From an uncultured Desulfosarcina sp. (lineage in GTDB: Bacteria; Desulfobacterota; Desulfobacteria; Desulfobacterales; Desulfosarcinaceae): DNA of 64,000 nucleotides. The notes beneath the pieces were generated by a model that searched no databases, was not told the DNA's origin, and worked only from the letters and a program-made list of their open reading frames with translations. Below are positions 18,821-29,342 of this stretch, one piece after another; positions within the stretch are counted from its first letter, which is position 1; each line of letters starts with the position of its first letter. Location: the NCBI GenBank assembly GCA_963674945.2, contig CAXXWQ010000001.1:352001-416000 (forward strand), given 5' to 3'. The position numbers and the translations under genes were made by a program.

Positions 18821-20080
18821 TCACATCTTGTACTCAAGGCCCACAAAATACTGAATTACTTCTTGGCCGACGGATCTTTCATATACTCCCATGGGCTCGC
18901 CGTTTGTCTTCGGATCTCCAGTGTGATGGGTATATCCAAGGCCCAGTATGAAAGACCAACGTGGAATGGGGCGCCACTGCGTACCCATGTTGATGGTCCA
19001 GTTATCGTAAAATGACGTGGTTGCGAGTGAATACCCTTCGTCGGGAACGCCAATCTCATTATAGAGAATACCGCCGATCAGTTCCCATTCAGGCGTAAGC
19101 TGGTATTCGACGAATCCTTGTATCTCATAGCCGTTGTCCCACTTGTCCGTGAGCGGTTCGTCGCTCCCGTTAATGCCTTTTTGCCAGAAATAGAGGAAAC
19201 CGCCACCGATTTTAAGTGCAGGCGTGAGTTGATAACTCCAACCCGAAAAGAAGGCTGCAGGCAAATCGTCGTGCATTTCCGCCCCATTGACGGTTCCGGA
19301 GTTGTCGCCTTGTTTCACATCCGCCTTTATCTTGATGCTGACCCTCGGGTCGTATCGCAGACCGAGTTTGAACTTATCATGTTTGAAAAGCATGCAAAGC
19401 GAGTGACCGACTCCCCAGCCCCCCCACGTCTGGTCCATTTTTACACTCGCAAGTTCTTGGCCGATATTCTGGATGATCAATGTCGTTTCACCCTCCCTGA
19501 AATTCATCGCATAAACCGCCCGTATCGCATAGCCTAATGAAAACATATCATTTATCGCCCAGGCGCCTCCCATCGAAAGGGCGCCTTTGCCGCCGGCAAA
19601 ATCAAATTCCTGATTCTCGGCCGTAATGGTTTGACCAAGGGCAGCGGAGGCTTGTTCCGCCGCATAATCAAAACCGGGAAATCGGTCAAAAGAGCCACCG
19701 CCATTGCCTCCGGGAAAAGAAAGGGTAAAGAAACCGGCCCAATTGTTTTTCTTATACGTTGCTGCAAAGTCGGGAATTAACCCCAAGGCTTTTTGCTCAT
19801 ATACCTTTCCGGTATCAACATCGGTAAGCTCAACAACACTTGGAGATATCATCGCGGATAAGTGAAAATGCTGGCCATCATCCATATACGCCGCGCCTGC
19901 CGGATTGTTAAGCACAGTGTCCGCATCTTCCGTTTCCGCATATCGTCCGCCACCACTAAGATACGCCTGTGCGCTCTGGGATGAAATGTTTCTGGCCCCG
20001 CACCCTGCCGAGGCATTGCCGGTGGTGAATAACAATGCTGCCATGGCCAAAATACCAACCTTCGCAAGATTTACGCTCAT
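18821..20080 (-). CDS. OmpP1/FadL-family outer-membrane transporter
   Basis: Probable start MSVNLAKVG (GGAGG RBS) rather than 20257; NNPAG motif; alternating beta-strands; ends GLEYKM. Confidence 0.85.
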   Translation of the reverse strand: MSVNLAKVGILAMAALLFTTGNASAGCGARNISSQSAQAYLSGGGRYAETEDADTVLNNPAGAAYMDDGQHFHLSAMISPSVVELTDVDTGKVYEQKALGLIPDFAATYKKNNWAGFFTLSFPGGNGGGSFDRFPGFDYAAEQASAALGQTITAENQEFDFAGGKGALSMGGAWAINDMFSLGYAIRAVYAMNFREGETTLIIQNIGQELASVKMDQTWGGWGVGHSLCMLFKHDKFKLGLRYDPRVSIKIKADVKQGDNSGTVNGAEMHDDLPAAFFSGWSYQLTPALKIGGGFLYFWQKGINGSDEPLTDKWDNGYEIQGFVEYQLTPEWELIGGILYNEIGVPDEGYSLATTSFYDNWTINMGTQWRPIPRWSFILGLGYTHHTGDPKTNGEPMGVYERSVGQEVIQYFVGLEYKM

Positions 20081-20610
20081 CTTCCCCTCCATTTCGATGT
20101 TCTTATGAGTCTGAGGTTCTACAATTCGTCCGGGCCGAATAAAATGACGTAGAACGCAAGCTCCCCTTATTGCATGGGAAGTAGCCAGCCATGGCTGACA
20201 ATCAATGAGAAAACACCTGTTGGGACTGGGCGAAAAAGCAAACCGTGATCGAGGCAACGGTTTAAATGGCTACAGGGCGTAGAGCGGATCTGTTGTTCCG
20301 ACGCCCGGTAAATTTTCAACTGCTGTAGTAACTTTTTAATGGATAGGAACGATTTCTTTGAAAAGCTGTCCGGCGAACCGAAGTTTCCTGCCACAATACG
20401 AGAGAACTGCCGGAGAGAGCATCACGATAAATGGAAGCACAATAGGAGTGAGGGATAGACAGCAACCAGCGCAACAACGGACTTCGGTTTTTCTTTTCAA
20501 AAACAATACTGTTTTGTTTGTAAGCTGTCAATGGTGGTCTCAAAATGGAAGAAAGAGAAAGAAGGCAAGGAGGGGACGTAAACGAAATTGAGCTATCCGC
20601 TCAACCTGGG

Positions 20611-21960
20611 TTAAAAATAGTAGGTGAGCCAAAGGTACGCCTGATCATTGGGGGTAGCTTTGAAGGCCAAACCGTCGGCGTCGACATCGAAACCACCGAA
20701 CTCTGTGCCGGAGGCGCCCCAATGCCATTGGACGCCGAAAATGAGTTGTACGTCGCCACCCGCATCCCAAAGTATCTGGGGCTGGAGCAGCCCGGAGGGA
20801 TCGGCCAGGTTGAAGATGGCCGTCGTATGCCATTGAACCAGGGGATGCAGTTCCACCTGCGCTTGTCCGGCCAGGTAAAACCGGCCGAGGGTAAACAACT
20901 CGCCCCGGAGGATTCTGTCCATGAGCGCATCGCTTTCGAACGCCTGCCCGTAGTCATTGATGCGGCCTACACCGTTATAGTAAAATTCCAGCAACCCGTA
21001 GACATTTTTTCCTGCCCACATCCAGGCATAGTCCAGGTTGGCCACTACCTGGAAAAAATCATCTTCCCGGCTTTCTTCTGTGACATGGGAGTAGACGGCG
21101 TTGACTCTCCAGGCCGCTTCCTTCAGATAGCCGCTGGCACCCAGTGCCCCGATGGCATCATCGAAATGGCGGGCCGCCATGGCGCTGGCTTCCATGGCGC
21201 CGGCAAAGAGGTGAGCCTTCATGGCGTAGGAGGAATTGTCGTCTTCAACGCTCCCGGTGAGCGGATCACGTCGGGGAAGGTAGAGCGTTTGTATCTCGAC
21301 TTCGCCAATGGGGATCTGAACCAGGGCCATGTCATCGCCCACCTTGTAATCGCGCTGCACGGCCGCGGGTGCAAACGGGTTGAACAGGTCCATGGGATTG
21401 AACACCAGGCCATCGCCCCAGGTCAACGCCTGACGTCCTATGCGAAGGGTTCCCCAGTCGGGTGTCCAGGTCAGGTTGAGACGATCCAGGCGGTGATATA
21501 TGATGTGATCGTCGGTATCGCTGATCACATGGGTGAGATCCATGAGACGCCGGTCGTCATTGATTGGCTGGTCTGCGAAGACGACGGCTGACGGCGATCC
21601 GGGCAGCATATCCGAAAGCGTCTGTATGGTCTCTCGGGTATCGCCGCCCGCCGCCACCAGCTCGTAATGGGTATCGAAGGTCCAGCGCGATCCGATGTTC
21701 AGTCGGTTTTTCTGCCGCCATTCGGCCTGCCCGTCGATATAGGGACCATCATCCACACGCCCCAATAGGGAATCCTCATCCACCGCAGTCACGGTGCCGA
21801 TGACTCTCGCATGTCCCCCCCACCGTATTTCGATTCCCGGGATGATATCCGGTGTCGATTCACTCGTGGTTTCGGCGCGTGCGGCAGGCCGCGAGAAGAT
21901 CAGGGCGGGCAGAACGCAGGCGGCGCCGAACAGGACAATGGCAAAAGACGTTTTTCTCAT
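20611..21960 (-). CDS. Putative outer-membrane beta-barrel protein of the ABC operon
   Basis: Signal peptide; HRLDRLNL...LRIGRQALTWG...FNPMDLFNPF; terminal YYF. Confidence 0.75.
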   Translation of the reverse strand: MRKTSFAIVLFGAACVLPALIFSRPAARAETTSESTPDIIPGIEIRWGGHARVIGTVTAVDEDSLLGRVDDGPYIDGQAEWRQKNRLNIGSRWTFDTHYELVAAGGDTRETIQTLSDMLPGSPSAVVFADQPINDDRRLMDLTHVISDTDDHIIYHRLDRLNLTWTPDWGTLRIGRQALTWGDGLVFNPMDLFNPFAPAAVQRDYKVGDDMALVQIPIGEVEIQTLYLPRRDPLTGSVEDDNSSYAMKAHLFAGAMEASAMAARHFDDAIGALGASGYLKEAAWRVNAVYSHVTEESREDDFFQVVANLDYAWMWAGKNVYGLLEFYYNGVGRINDYGQAFESDALMDRILRGELFTLGRFYLAGQAQVELHPLVQWHTTAIFNLADPSGLLQPQILWDAGGDVQLIFGVQWHWGASGTEFGGFDVDADGLAFKATPNDQAYLWLTYYF

Positions 21961-21972
21961 TTTTTAAAGCCG

Positions 21973-22668
21973 TCAACGATCCACTTTGTTTTGATCACTT
22001 TCGATTCGACCATCACGAATCATGACGATACGGCGCGCGAAATCCATGACCATCTGGTCATGGGTGGAAAAGATGAAGGTAACCTGGCGTTCCCGGTTCA
22101 TCCGACGCATCAACTGAAGGAGCTTTTCGCCGGTTTTGGAGTCCAGGTTGGCCGTTGGTTCGTCGGCCAATACGATGAATGGGTTGGAGACAATCGCGCG
22201 GGCCACGGCCACCCGTTGCTGTTGCCCGCCGGACAGCTCGGCGGGTCGGCGGTCGTATTTACCGGCCAGCTCGACCGTATCCAGGATCTTGCGTGCCCGT
22301 TTTCTGCGCTCAGCGGCGGGTATGCCCTGCAGCAGCATGACATACTCCACATTTTCCGCGGCCGAGAGTACCGGGATCAGATTGTAGGACTGGAAGATGA
22401 ATCCGATCCGGTACAACCGCAGGTCCGCCATCTGTGACCTGGAAAGGTCGGCATAGGCCTGACCGTCCACACAAATGGTTCCACCGTTCGGTTCATCCAA
22501 TCCGCCGATCAGGTTGAGCAAGGTGGTCTTGCCCGAGCCCGACGGTCCGGCCAGGGCGATAAATGCACCGGCCGCCACCGACAGGTCGACGTTTGCCAGG
22601 GCTTTGACCGTCACCTTGCCCTGTTGATAGGTCTTCGATACCCCTTCACATTCCACGATTGCCGTCAT
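21973..22668 (-). CDS. ABC transporter ATP-binding protein (LolD/MacB-like)
   Basis: GPSGSGKT, LSGGQQQRVAVARA, ADEPTANLD, FSTHD; probable start MTAIVEC. Confidence 0.93.
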   Translation of the reverse strand: MTAIVECEGVSKTYQQGKVTVKALANVDLSVAAGAFIALAGPSGSGKTTLLNLIGGLDEPNGGTICVDGQAYADLSRSQMADLRLYRIGFIFQSYNLIPVLSAAENVEYVMLLQGIPAAERRKRARKILDTVELAGKYDRRPAELSGGQQQRVAVARAIVSNPFIVLADEPTANLDSKTGEKLLQLMRRMNRERQVTFIFSTHDQMVMDFARRIVMIRDGRIESDQNKVDR

Positions 22669-22725
22669 TGTCTTTTCTCTCTTCTTATTCCTGAGGTGTA
22701 GAAAACATGGTCCTCTGGACAAGGC

Positions 22726-22907
22726 CAGCGTTTATTGGCGCTGCCGTAGGGTTGTTACAAGAATCCAGGAGTCAGAATTCAGAATACAGAATCAGGAATT
22801 CGCCTTCGGCTCGATCCATTTTATTTAATCGGTGGAGCAAGGCGACATCAGATTCATTCTGGCTCCTGAATTCTGGCTTCTGGCTCCTGTGGCTTTTAGT
22901 GATCGCA
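22726..22907. repeat. Intergenic ~180-bp palindromic repeat, copy 1
   Basis: CAGGAGTCAGAATTCAGAAT...ATTCTGGCTCCTGAATTCTGGCTTCTGGCTCCTG; near-identical to 24262-24443. Confidence 0.9.
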
Positions 22908-22985
22908 ACGTATACCCCTTAAAAGGGGAGCCCAAAGCCGGCCCTCTGGACCCGAATTTTACTCCCCGTTTCGCAACACATAGGA

Positions 22986-24209
22986 TCAATGGTGGACCAT
23001 TGCTTGCACCGGCGTAAACCGGGCCGCCTTTACCGCCGGGTAGAGGCAGACCAACAAACCCAGCAGAAGGACCACCATATTGGCATTAATCAGATCTTTG
23101 GCCAGGATTTTGGGGATAATCACTCTGGCCATTCCGGCATACTCCGCGCCTTTGGCCAGGGCCGACAAGTCAATGCCATGAAAGGAGAGGGCCCAGCAGC
23201 TGAGAAGTCCGAGGATATTGCCAATGAGCATCCCCGATAGCAGGATAATTATCGCTTCGGTGAGAATTCCCCGGATGATGCGACCGGGACCCATTCCCAG
23301 CGCTTTAAGCAGGCCGAACTCACGCATGCGTTCGAAGACGGCCATAAGCGTCGTGTTGAGAATGCCAAACCCCATGGCCACGAATACCACCACAAACCAG
23401 ATAAAGATAAACGAGTCGTATATATCGAGGTAGGCTGTAAGAAGCGGCAGCGCCTGCTGCCATGACCGCACGGATAGCTGTTTCCCGGCCAGTTCCTTCT
23501 CGAGCATCTGCGCCGTTTGCACGGCTTTTTCCGGAGCGGGAAGCAAAATGCTGATTTCCGATACGGCCGCTCCCATCTTCAGCATCTTCTGGGCCGACGC
23601 ACGGGCCACGAAGACATAGGCCTTTTCCGTCGCCTCCATTTCAGCCTGAAAAATGCCGACGATACGAAAGGCCTTGGATGCGATTTGGCCGGTTTTGTCC
23701 TGGGTCATCAGGATCAACTTGCGACCCGGCCCGGTTCCAAAACGCCGCGCCAGGGCACCTCCGATCAGGATGGCATGGCTGTCATCGGCTTTCAGATAAC
23801 GCCCTTGGGTGACGGCCGAACCAATGAAGGACAGGGGCTTTTCCATTTGCGGGTCGATGCCCACCAGGGTCACGCTGCCGTTATGACGGGCATTGCTGGC
23901 GATGGCGTTGACCCTCACACGCGAGGCCCAATGGCTTGCCACCGGAAGCAGCCGCGCCAGGGGTTTGGTGATTTCTGCCGGGGCTTCGATGCTGTTGTCG
24001 ATGGATGGGTCGTCGGGATAATTGCGTTGGTGAATTTGGACATGACCGGTCAGGGTATCGATGCCATTTTTGATCATGCCGTCAATGATGCCGCGCATCA
24101 ACGCGCCCAAAAAGACCATGCTCCACAACCCGATGACAACGGCGATAAGGATCACGGCTGTCCGCCTCGGATTGCGCCAGATATTGCGCCAGGCAATTTG
24201 AAGGTCCAT
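22986..24209 (-). CDS. ABC transporter permease (FtsX/LolE-like)
   Basis: IAWRNIWRNPRRT; NTTLMAVFERMREFGLLKALG. Confidence 0.92.
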   Translation of the reverse strand: MDLQIAWRNIWRNPRRTAVILIAVVIGLWSMVFLGALMRGIIDGMIKNGIDTLTGHVQIHQRNYPDDPSIDNSIEAPAEITKPLARLLPVASHWASRVRVNAIASNARHNGSVTLVGIDPQMEKPLSFIGSAVTQGRYLKADDSHAILIGGALARRFGTGPGRKLILMTQDKTGQIASKAFRIVGIFQAEMEATEKAYVFVARASAQKMLKMGAAVSEISILLPAPEKAVQTAQMLEKELAGKQLSVRSWQQALPLLTAYLDIYDSFIFIWFVVVFVAMGFGILNTTLMAVFERMREFGLLKALGMGPGRIIRGILTEAIIILLSGMLIGNILGLLSCWALSFHGIDLSALAKGAEYAGMARVIIPKILAKDLINANMVVLLLGLLVCLYPAVKAARFTPVQAMVHH

Positions 24210-24261
24210 GGTGGAACATCCTTTTCATTGCGGTGCAGAAAATCGGTCTTCTGCACTAAGT

Positions 24262-24443
24262 CAGCGTTTATTGGCTCTGCTGTATGATTGTTACAAGAAT
24301 CCAGGAGTCAGAATTCAGAATTCAGAATCAGGCATTCGCCTTCGGCTCGATCTATTTTATGCAATCGATGGAGCGAAGCGACATCAGGTTCACTCTGGCT
24401 CCTGAATTCTGGCTTCTGGCTCCTGTGGCTTTTAGTGATCGCA
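24262..24443. repeat. Intergenic ~180-bp palindromic repeat, copy 2
   Basis: Same orientation and structure as 22726-22907. Confidence 0.9.
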
Positions 24444-24497
24444 GTGTATCCTCCTTTCCAGCGGATCTTCTATAACCGTATTTTCCCTGCGATACCG

Positions 24498-25763
24498 TCA
24501 TCTTTGCCGCATGGCCTCCACAGGCGAAAGATGCCTGATCTTGAATGCCGGATAAAGCGCCGCCATCAAGGTGATGAGAAATACGGCTCCCGGACCGACC
24601 GTTATTGAAATCAATGTTAATTGCGGGTAAAGAACAGTGGGGATGCCGAACTGACGAGAAATTTCAGAAGCATCACCCATGTTGATCCCATGAACCATGA
24701 AATAGCCGGTGACCAGACATCCGATCACCATGCCGGAAACCACACCTACCAGGGTCATACCGATGGACTCGGTCAGTACCAGGCGGGTTAAACGATTGGG
24801 CCGGGTTCCCATGGCCATCATCACGCCGAATTCGTAAGTACGCTCCAAAACGGCCATTAAAAAAGTATTGAGAATACTGAAGGCCACTACCATGATGAGG
24901 ATCAGGTAGAAGATCGCGCCGCTGATCAGGTCCATGCCGATGGCCTGTTTGAGGCCCGGCATCAATGCCTCCCAGTCCAGGACCACAAGGGGCGGCCGGT
25001 TGGCAAGGTTTTCCAGGGCCGGCAAGAGCGCAGCTGTAATGGAATCGGTGTCTCCCAGCCGGTTGCCGACGATGACGATTTCATGCACGCCGTCGTCCAT
25101 GGCGAAAATTTCCTGAAACCGCGAAAGGGGGATTTGAATGGCGCTTCTGTCCAATTCGTCCAGGCCGGAATTGGTGATGCCGTGTACGCGAACCACCGTG
25201 GCGGCGATGGAGCCGTCACGTCCCTGGCCCAGCAAGGTGAGTTCGTCCCCCACGCCCACCTTCAGGTTGCGTGCCAGAAGGTGGCCGACCAGGGCATTTG
25301 GCAGGCCCTCTACTCCGGCATCCGTATCCAGATACTCACCCTGGCGAACGATGTCGGCCAGGGTCGAAACCTGTTTTTCCGCTTCCGGATCGATTCCTTC
25401 CACCATGACGCCGAAGGTGCGGGCCCGGGAGGATATCAGGGCAAACGCCCTGGCGCGCGGGGCATAGGCCTTGACCTGGGGGATGGCCTCCAGCGCCTGT
25501 TCGACGGGCAGCGGATCGGGGATTGCCAGGCGGATCTCCTTATCCTCCTGATAACCGCTGACCTGAACCTGCAGATGGCCGGTGTGAACCTTTACCGAGG
25601 CATTGATCATGGTCTCGTAGCTGCCAAGCTGAAACGATAGCATGAAAACCAATAGAGTACAGGCAAAGGCAATGGCCGTGACAGTGAGAAGGGTCCGCCG
25701 GGGATTGCGCCACATATTGCGCCAGGCCATTTTGACGTTCATTGTAACGTCCGGGGCAACCAT
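24498..25763 (-). CDS. ABC transporter permease (FtsX/LolE-like)
   Basis: MAWRNMWRNPRRT; NTFLMAVLERTYEFGVMMAMG. Confidence 0.92.
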   Translation of the reverse strand: MVAPDVTMNVKMAWRNMWRNPRRTLLTVTAIAFACTLLVFMLSFQLGSYETMINASVKVHTGHLQVQVSGYQEDKEIRLAIPDPLPVEQALEAIPQVKAYAPRARAFALISSRARTFGVMVEGIDPEAEKQVSTLADIVRQGEYLDTDAGVEGLPNALVGHLLARNLKVGVGDELTLLGQGRDGSIAATVVRVHGITNSGLDELDRSAIQIPLSRFQEIFAMDDGVHEIVIVGNRLGDTDSITAALLPALENLANRPPLVVLDWEALMPGLKQAIGMDLISGAIFYLILIMVVAFSILNTFLMAVLERTYEFGVMMAMGTRPNRLTRLVLTESIGMTLVGVVSGMVIGCLVTGYFMVHGINMGDASEISRQFGIPTVLYPQLTLISITVGPGAVFLITLMAALYPAFKIRHLSPVEAMRQR

Positions 25764-25764
25764 G

Positions 25765-26535
25765 TCATTCCCGCCTTCCGGTTTTCAGTGCATTGATGGT
25801 AAACAGCCGATCGGGAAGATTTTCGGAAAACGAGATGGAATGGTATCGCAAAAGGGTGTATTGATCGGTCTTATCTGTTTCCTGCATTTTCCAGATTTTG
25901 GGGAACATGCGGCCTCCCATCATCTGGATGTCGTGGGCGGTCATGCGTTTGACCGACATCCGGTCTTCGTCGAAAAATTCCTGCTCGATCAGAACATGAT
26001 CGTCGCGGATTCTGCTGATCTGCATGCCCCAGACAACCGGTGCGTCCGGCTTGGGAATGGATTTGATTACATAGACCACATGGCCATCGCTGGTCTCGGT
26101 GTCCATCAGGCTATGGTCGTAATCATTGAGAATGCTGTCGCTTTTGGCCAGATCGTTGTTCGAGAAATCAGATCCCATCCAGCTTTGGGACATCATCGCC
26201 GGCGGAAGCTTGATGACCCGGTTGACTTTAGGGTTGAAGGTCCACATGTCGATTCCGTCCTTCAGCGTGCCGTTTCCCTCATCCTTGGCAGGGGCCGTGA
26301 TACGGATCAAGCTTTTGTCCGTTCCCTTGGTCCAGCCGACCATGCGCATGCTGCGCTCCCAGTTGGGGCGGTGGATCACCATTTCCACATCGGCCTTGGA
26401 TGCCTTGCCGCGATAATGGTCGAAGCTGGCCTGGATCAGCTTCGCCGGGTCCAATGATGCGTCGCCGGCCGCACATGGTGTCGTCGCGGGAGACATCCCC
26501 AACAATAACCCGATGAGTATCCACAAAAAGCGCAT
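25765..26535 (-). CDS. Outer-membrane lipoprotein-sorting (LolA-like) protein
   Basis: Signal peptide; SLIRITAPAKDEG...MSQSWMGSDFSNNDL. Confidence 0.88.
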   Translation of the reverse strand: MRFLWILIGLLLGMSPATTPCAAGDASLDPAKLIQASFDHYRGKASKADVEMVIHRPNWERSMRMVGWTKGTDKSLIRITAPAKDEGNGTLKDGIDMWTFNPKVNRVIKLPPAMMSQSWMGSDFSNNDLAKSDSILNDYDHSLMDTETSDGHVVYVIKSIPKPDAPVVWGMQISRIRDDHVLIEQEFFDEDRMSVKRMTAHDIQMMGGRMFPKIWKMQETDKTDQYTLLRYHSISFSENLPDRLFTINALKTGRRE

Positions 26536-26583
26536 ATTTTCCTCCTGACGATGATAGATGGCATAGGCAATCGCTTTCGCAAG

Positions 26584-27222
26584 TTATCCTTTGATCGATT
26601 CTTGGGCATCGCCCTGTGTATTTGCGCCGATGCCCCGCAACACCACATCCAGAAAACTGCGGGACGTGGCAAGGGCGTCAAATTTCGGATCCAGCCAGGC
26701 TTGCAGTATCAGGGCATCCCAGGTTCCGACCAATGCCGCGGCGATGTTTTCGGCATCGATCGTTGCAGGGACTTCGCCGACCTGCTGGGCGGAGCGGATC
26801 AGATCGCCGACGATGGCCCTGAGATCCCGATAGCCGTCCTGAAAGACAGACTTGAAAGACTCCCGGCTTGGTGAGGATGCCGTCGCCGACCAGAATTCCA
26901 TGATCAGGGAGTACATTTCGATCTGCTCCAGCCAGGCTTCGATGATGCTGTCCCCCAGCATTCTGATACGTTGCGCGAAGGATTCGCCTGCAGAATCCTT
27001 TGCCTGGGAGAGAATACCGGCAGATTCGGTCATCATCGATTCGAATACGGCAAAAAAAAGGGCTTCCTTGCTGCGAAAGTATTCATAAATGGTTCCCTTG
27101 CCCACCGATGCGGCTTCGGCTACTTCGATGATCCGGGTGGATGCATATCCTTTCTGTGCAAAGACGCGGCGAGCGGCCTGGATGATATCCTGCTTGCGGT
27201 TGGGATCGGCTTTGCGGGGCAT
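26584..27222 (-). CDS. TetR/AcrR-family regulator
   Basis: IIQAARRVFAQKGYASTRIIEVAEAASVGKGTIYEYFRSKEAL. Confidence 0.95.
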   Translation of the reverse strand: MPRKADPNRKQDIIQAARRVFAQKGYASTRIIEVAEAASVGKGTIYEYFRSKEALFFAVFESMMTESAGILSQAKDSAGESFAQRIRMLGDSIIEAWLEQIEMYSLIMEFWSATASSPSRESFKSVFQDGYRDLRAIVGDLIRSAQQVGEVPATIDAENIAAALVGTWDALILQAWLDPKFDALATSRSFLDVVLRGIGANTQGDAQESIKG

Positions 27223-27259
27223 AATCGGGACCCTGTCTCCTGGATGATTTTAACAATAC

Positions 27260-27273
27260 TGACCGGTCGGTCA
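27260..27273. promoter_or_regulatory. Probable TetR operator
   Basis: Palindrome TGACCG-GT-CGGTCA about 40 nt upstream of tetR, next to a -10-like box. Confidence 0.65.
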
Positions 27274-27459
27274 TTAATATCCGCCTTCTATTGGTCAAGT
27301 CAACCCTTTTTTGTCATCTACATGGAAAAAAAGGGCCGGAGAGATCCATGCGCCGATACGCTTTTCCAGGCCAAAGATGGCCAAACAGTATTGCGAAAGA
27401 AACTCGTTCTTCCATTATTTTGTCGATGGATAAAATGGGAAAAGCGTTTTACGTGTTCA

Positions 27460-28275
27460 TCAATAATGGGTGAGGGAGCCGTCACGCTTTGCTTTGATCA
27501 CGGCCTTTTGAAACAAAACGAGGCTGCTGGGCAAAATAACGATGGAGAAGAGGCAGAGGATCAATATGGTCGGCGCCAGTTGCGAAAGGGAATAGCCGTT
27601 GAGAATCGCCATTCGCATGCCTTCCAGAGAGTGGGTGACCGGCATTGCTTTTGCCGCCGTTTGCAGCCAACCCGGCAGAACGCTGAGCGGGTAATACAAG
27701 CCGCAAATCAAACCGGCCACTTTTACGAAAAGCCATCCGATTGGATCACCCCGTTTTACGATCATGATAAAGCTGGCGGAAATGATACCCAGCCCCGTTG
27801 ATGAAACGATGGTAAGCAGCAAAATGGCAAATGCGGCGGTCAGGTTTGCATGTCCAAGGTCAAGATCGAAGAATAAGGATCCAAAAACAAGATAGATAAT
27901 GACATTGACCGTCGCCCAGAAGAAACCATAGAGGGAAGAGGAAAAAATAATGGTGGGGATACTGGTGGGGGTCACAAGGATCGCTTCCAGGGTGCCGAGC
28001 ATCTGGCCTTCCCGGATAATGCCTGAAAGGCCTGTTATGGAAAAGTTCAGATAGCTGATGAACGCAATGCCGATGAGAACGAATGCAAAGTAGTTGCCCC
28101 CATAAGGTTTAAGGTGCGTTGTTCCGATATCCGCCATGAGCCGGGAGAGAAAAAAGTAGGTCAACACCGAGACGACCATACCCACCATTTGCATGATAAA
28201 TGCGGTTTTGTATGTGGCGTCGCTGATCAGGTCACGGCAGAAGAAAGCTTTCATTTTTCGTAGCAAAATGCTCAT
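27460..28275 (-). CDS. ABC-2 type exporter permease (RiPP cluster)
   Basis: REGQMLGTLEAILVTP; GLYYPLSVLPGWLQ...PVTHSLEGMR. Confidence 0.9.
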   Translation of the reverse strand: MSILLRKMKAFFCRDLISDATYKTAFIMQMVGMVVSVLTYFFLSRLMADIGTTHLKPYGGNYFAFVLIGIAFISYLNFSITGLSGIIREGQMLGTLEAILVTPTSIPTIIFSSSLYGFFWATVNVIIYLVFGSLFFDLDLGHANLTAAFAILLLTIVSSTGLGIISASFIMIVKRGDPIGWLFVKVAGLICGLYYPLSVLPGWLQTAAKAMPVTHSLEGMRMAILNGYSLSQLAPTILILCLFSIVILPSSLVLFQKAVIKAKRDGSLTHY

Positions 28276-28286
28276 TATCGTAATCC

Positions 28287-29300
28287 TTATGCGCTTTTTC
28301 GAATCAGCAACCGGGAGAACGCATCCTCCAATGAAAAATTCGATTCCTGAAACGAAGAGATGCGACCACCCATTGCCAGGATGCTCTCCATAAGCTGGCT
28401 GGCGTTATCTCTTCCACCTGCAATCTCAATTTCAATCTGCGTGTTCGAAAATGGAGTCGTCGTTTCCTTTACCCATGCATTTTGAACGGTCGAGATCGAT
28501 TCTATTTTTTCCAACAAATCCCTTTTGAAGTTATCGATGCCTACGATAAATCGTTTTCGATTCGATAACGTCGCCTTTATTTCTTCGACCGTACCCGTCG
28601 CTTTCACCTTGCCTTTGTCCAGCACGGCAATCCGGTTGCACAGTTGTTCCACTTCGGCCAGATTATGGGTGGCCATCAACACCGTCTTTCCTTCGATTTT
28701 CACCAGTGTGCCCTTGATGAAATTCTTAATCTTCCTTGCAACCATGGGATCGAGTCCGCTGGTCGGCTCGTCCATGATCAGTATATCGGGGTTGGTCAGC
28801 ATGCCGCGGGCAATCGCCAGCATCTTTTTCATGCCCGTCGAATACGTCTTGAACATTTTGTCCCCGTGAGCGGTCAATCCAACCAGATCCAACAGGTATG
28901 AAACCCGATTGTCGACCTCTTTTTGGGGGATGTTGTTGAGTACGGCAAAAAATCGCAGGTTCTGACGACCCGTGAGGCGCCAATAGAAACTTCGTTCATC
29001 ACCGATGACATATCCCAGCTTCGGTTTGACTTTCACAGGATCCTTGCAAACATCCACGCCTTCGATGTATGCGGTCCCTTTGGTGGGCAGTACCAGTGTA
29101 CAGAGGATTTTGATCAGCGTCGTCTTGCCCGCTCCGTTGGAGCCGAGCAGGCCGAACAGATCGCCCCTTTCGACCCGCAGGTCGATCTCCTGCAGGGCGG
29201 TGACGGTCTTTTGCCGAAAGGGATGAAACAACAATTCCCTATACGTCTTTGTTACGGGAAAGACCTTGCTCAGATTGCAAATATGAATCGCGGTAGGCAC
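28287..29300 (-). CDS. ABC exporter ATP-binding protein (RiPP cluster)
   Basis: GSNGAGKTT, YSTGMKK, MDEPTSGLDP, ATHN. Confidence 0.93.
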   Translation of the reverse strand: MPTAIHICNLSKVFPVTKTYRELLFHPFRQKTVTALQEIDLRVERGDLFGLLGSNGAGKTTLIKILCTLVLPTKGTAYIEGVDVCKDPVKVKPKLGYVIGDERSFYWRLTGRQNLRFFAVLNNIPQKEVDNRVSYLLDLVGLTAHGDKMFKTYSTGMKKMLAIARGMLTNPDILIMDEPTSGLDPMVARKIKNFIKGTLVKIEGKTVLMATHNLAEVEQLCNRIAVLDKGKVKATGTVEEIKATLSNRKRFIVGIDNFKRDLLEKIESISTVQNAWVKETTTPFSNTQIEIEIAGGRDNASQLMESILAMGGRISSFQESNFSLEDAFSRLLIRKSA

Positions 29301-29342
29301 ATCGATCCCCTTTGGTTCAGTTGGCCATGAGAAAATTAGTTC

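Noticed and set aside
20545..21591. 348-aa plus-strand ORF
   Set aside because: Antisense shadow of the beta-barrel gene in GC-rich DNA; no motifs.
22726..24443. Repeats as a CRISPR array
   Set aside because: Only two long copies separated by a gene; no repeat-spacer periodicity and no cas genes.
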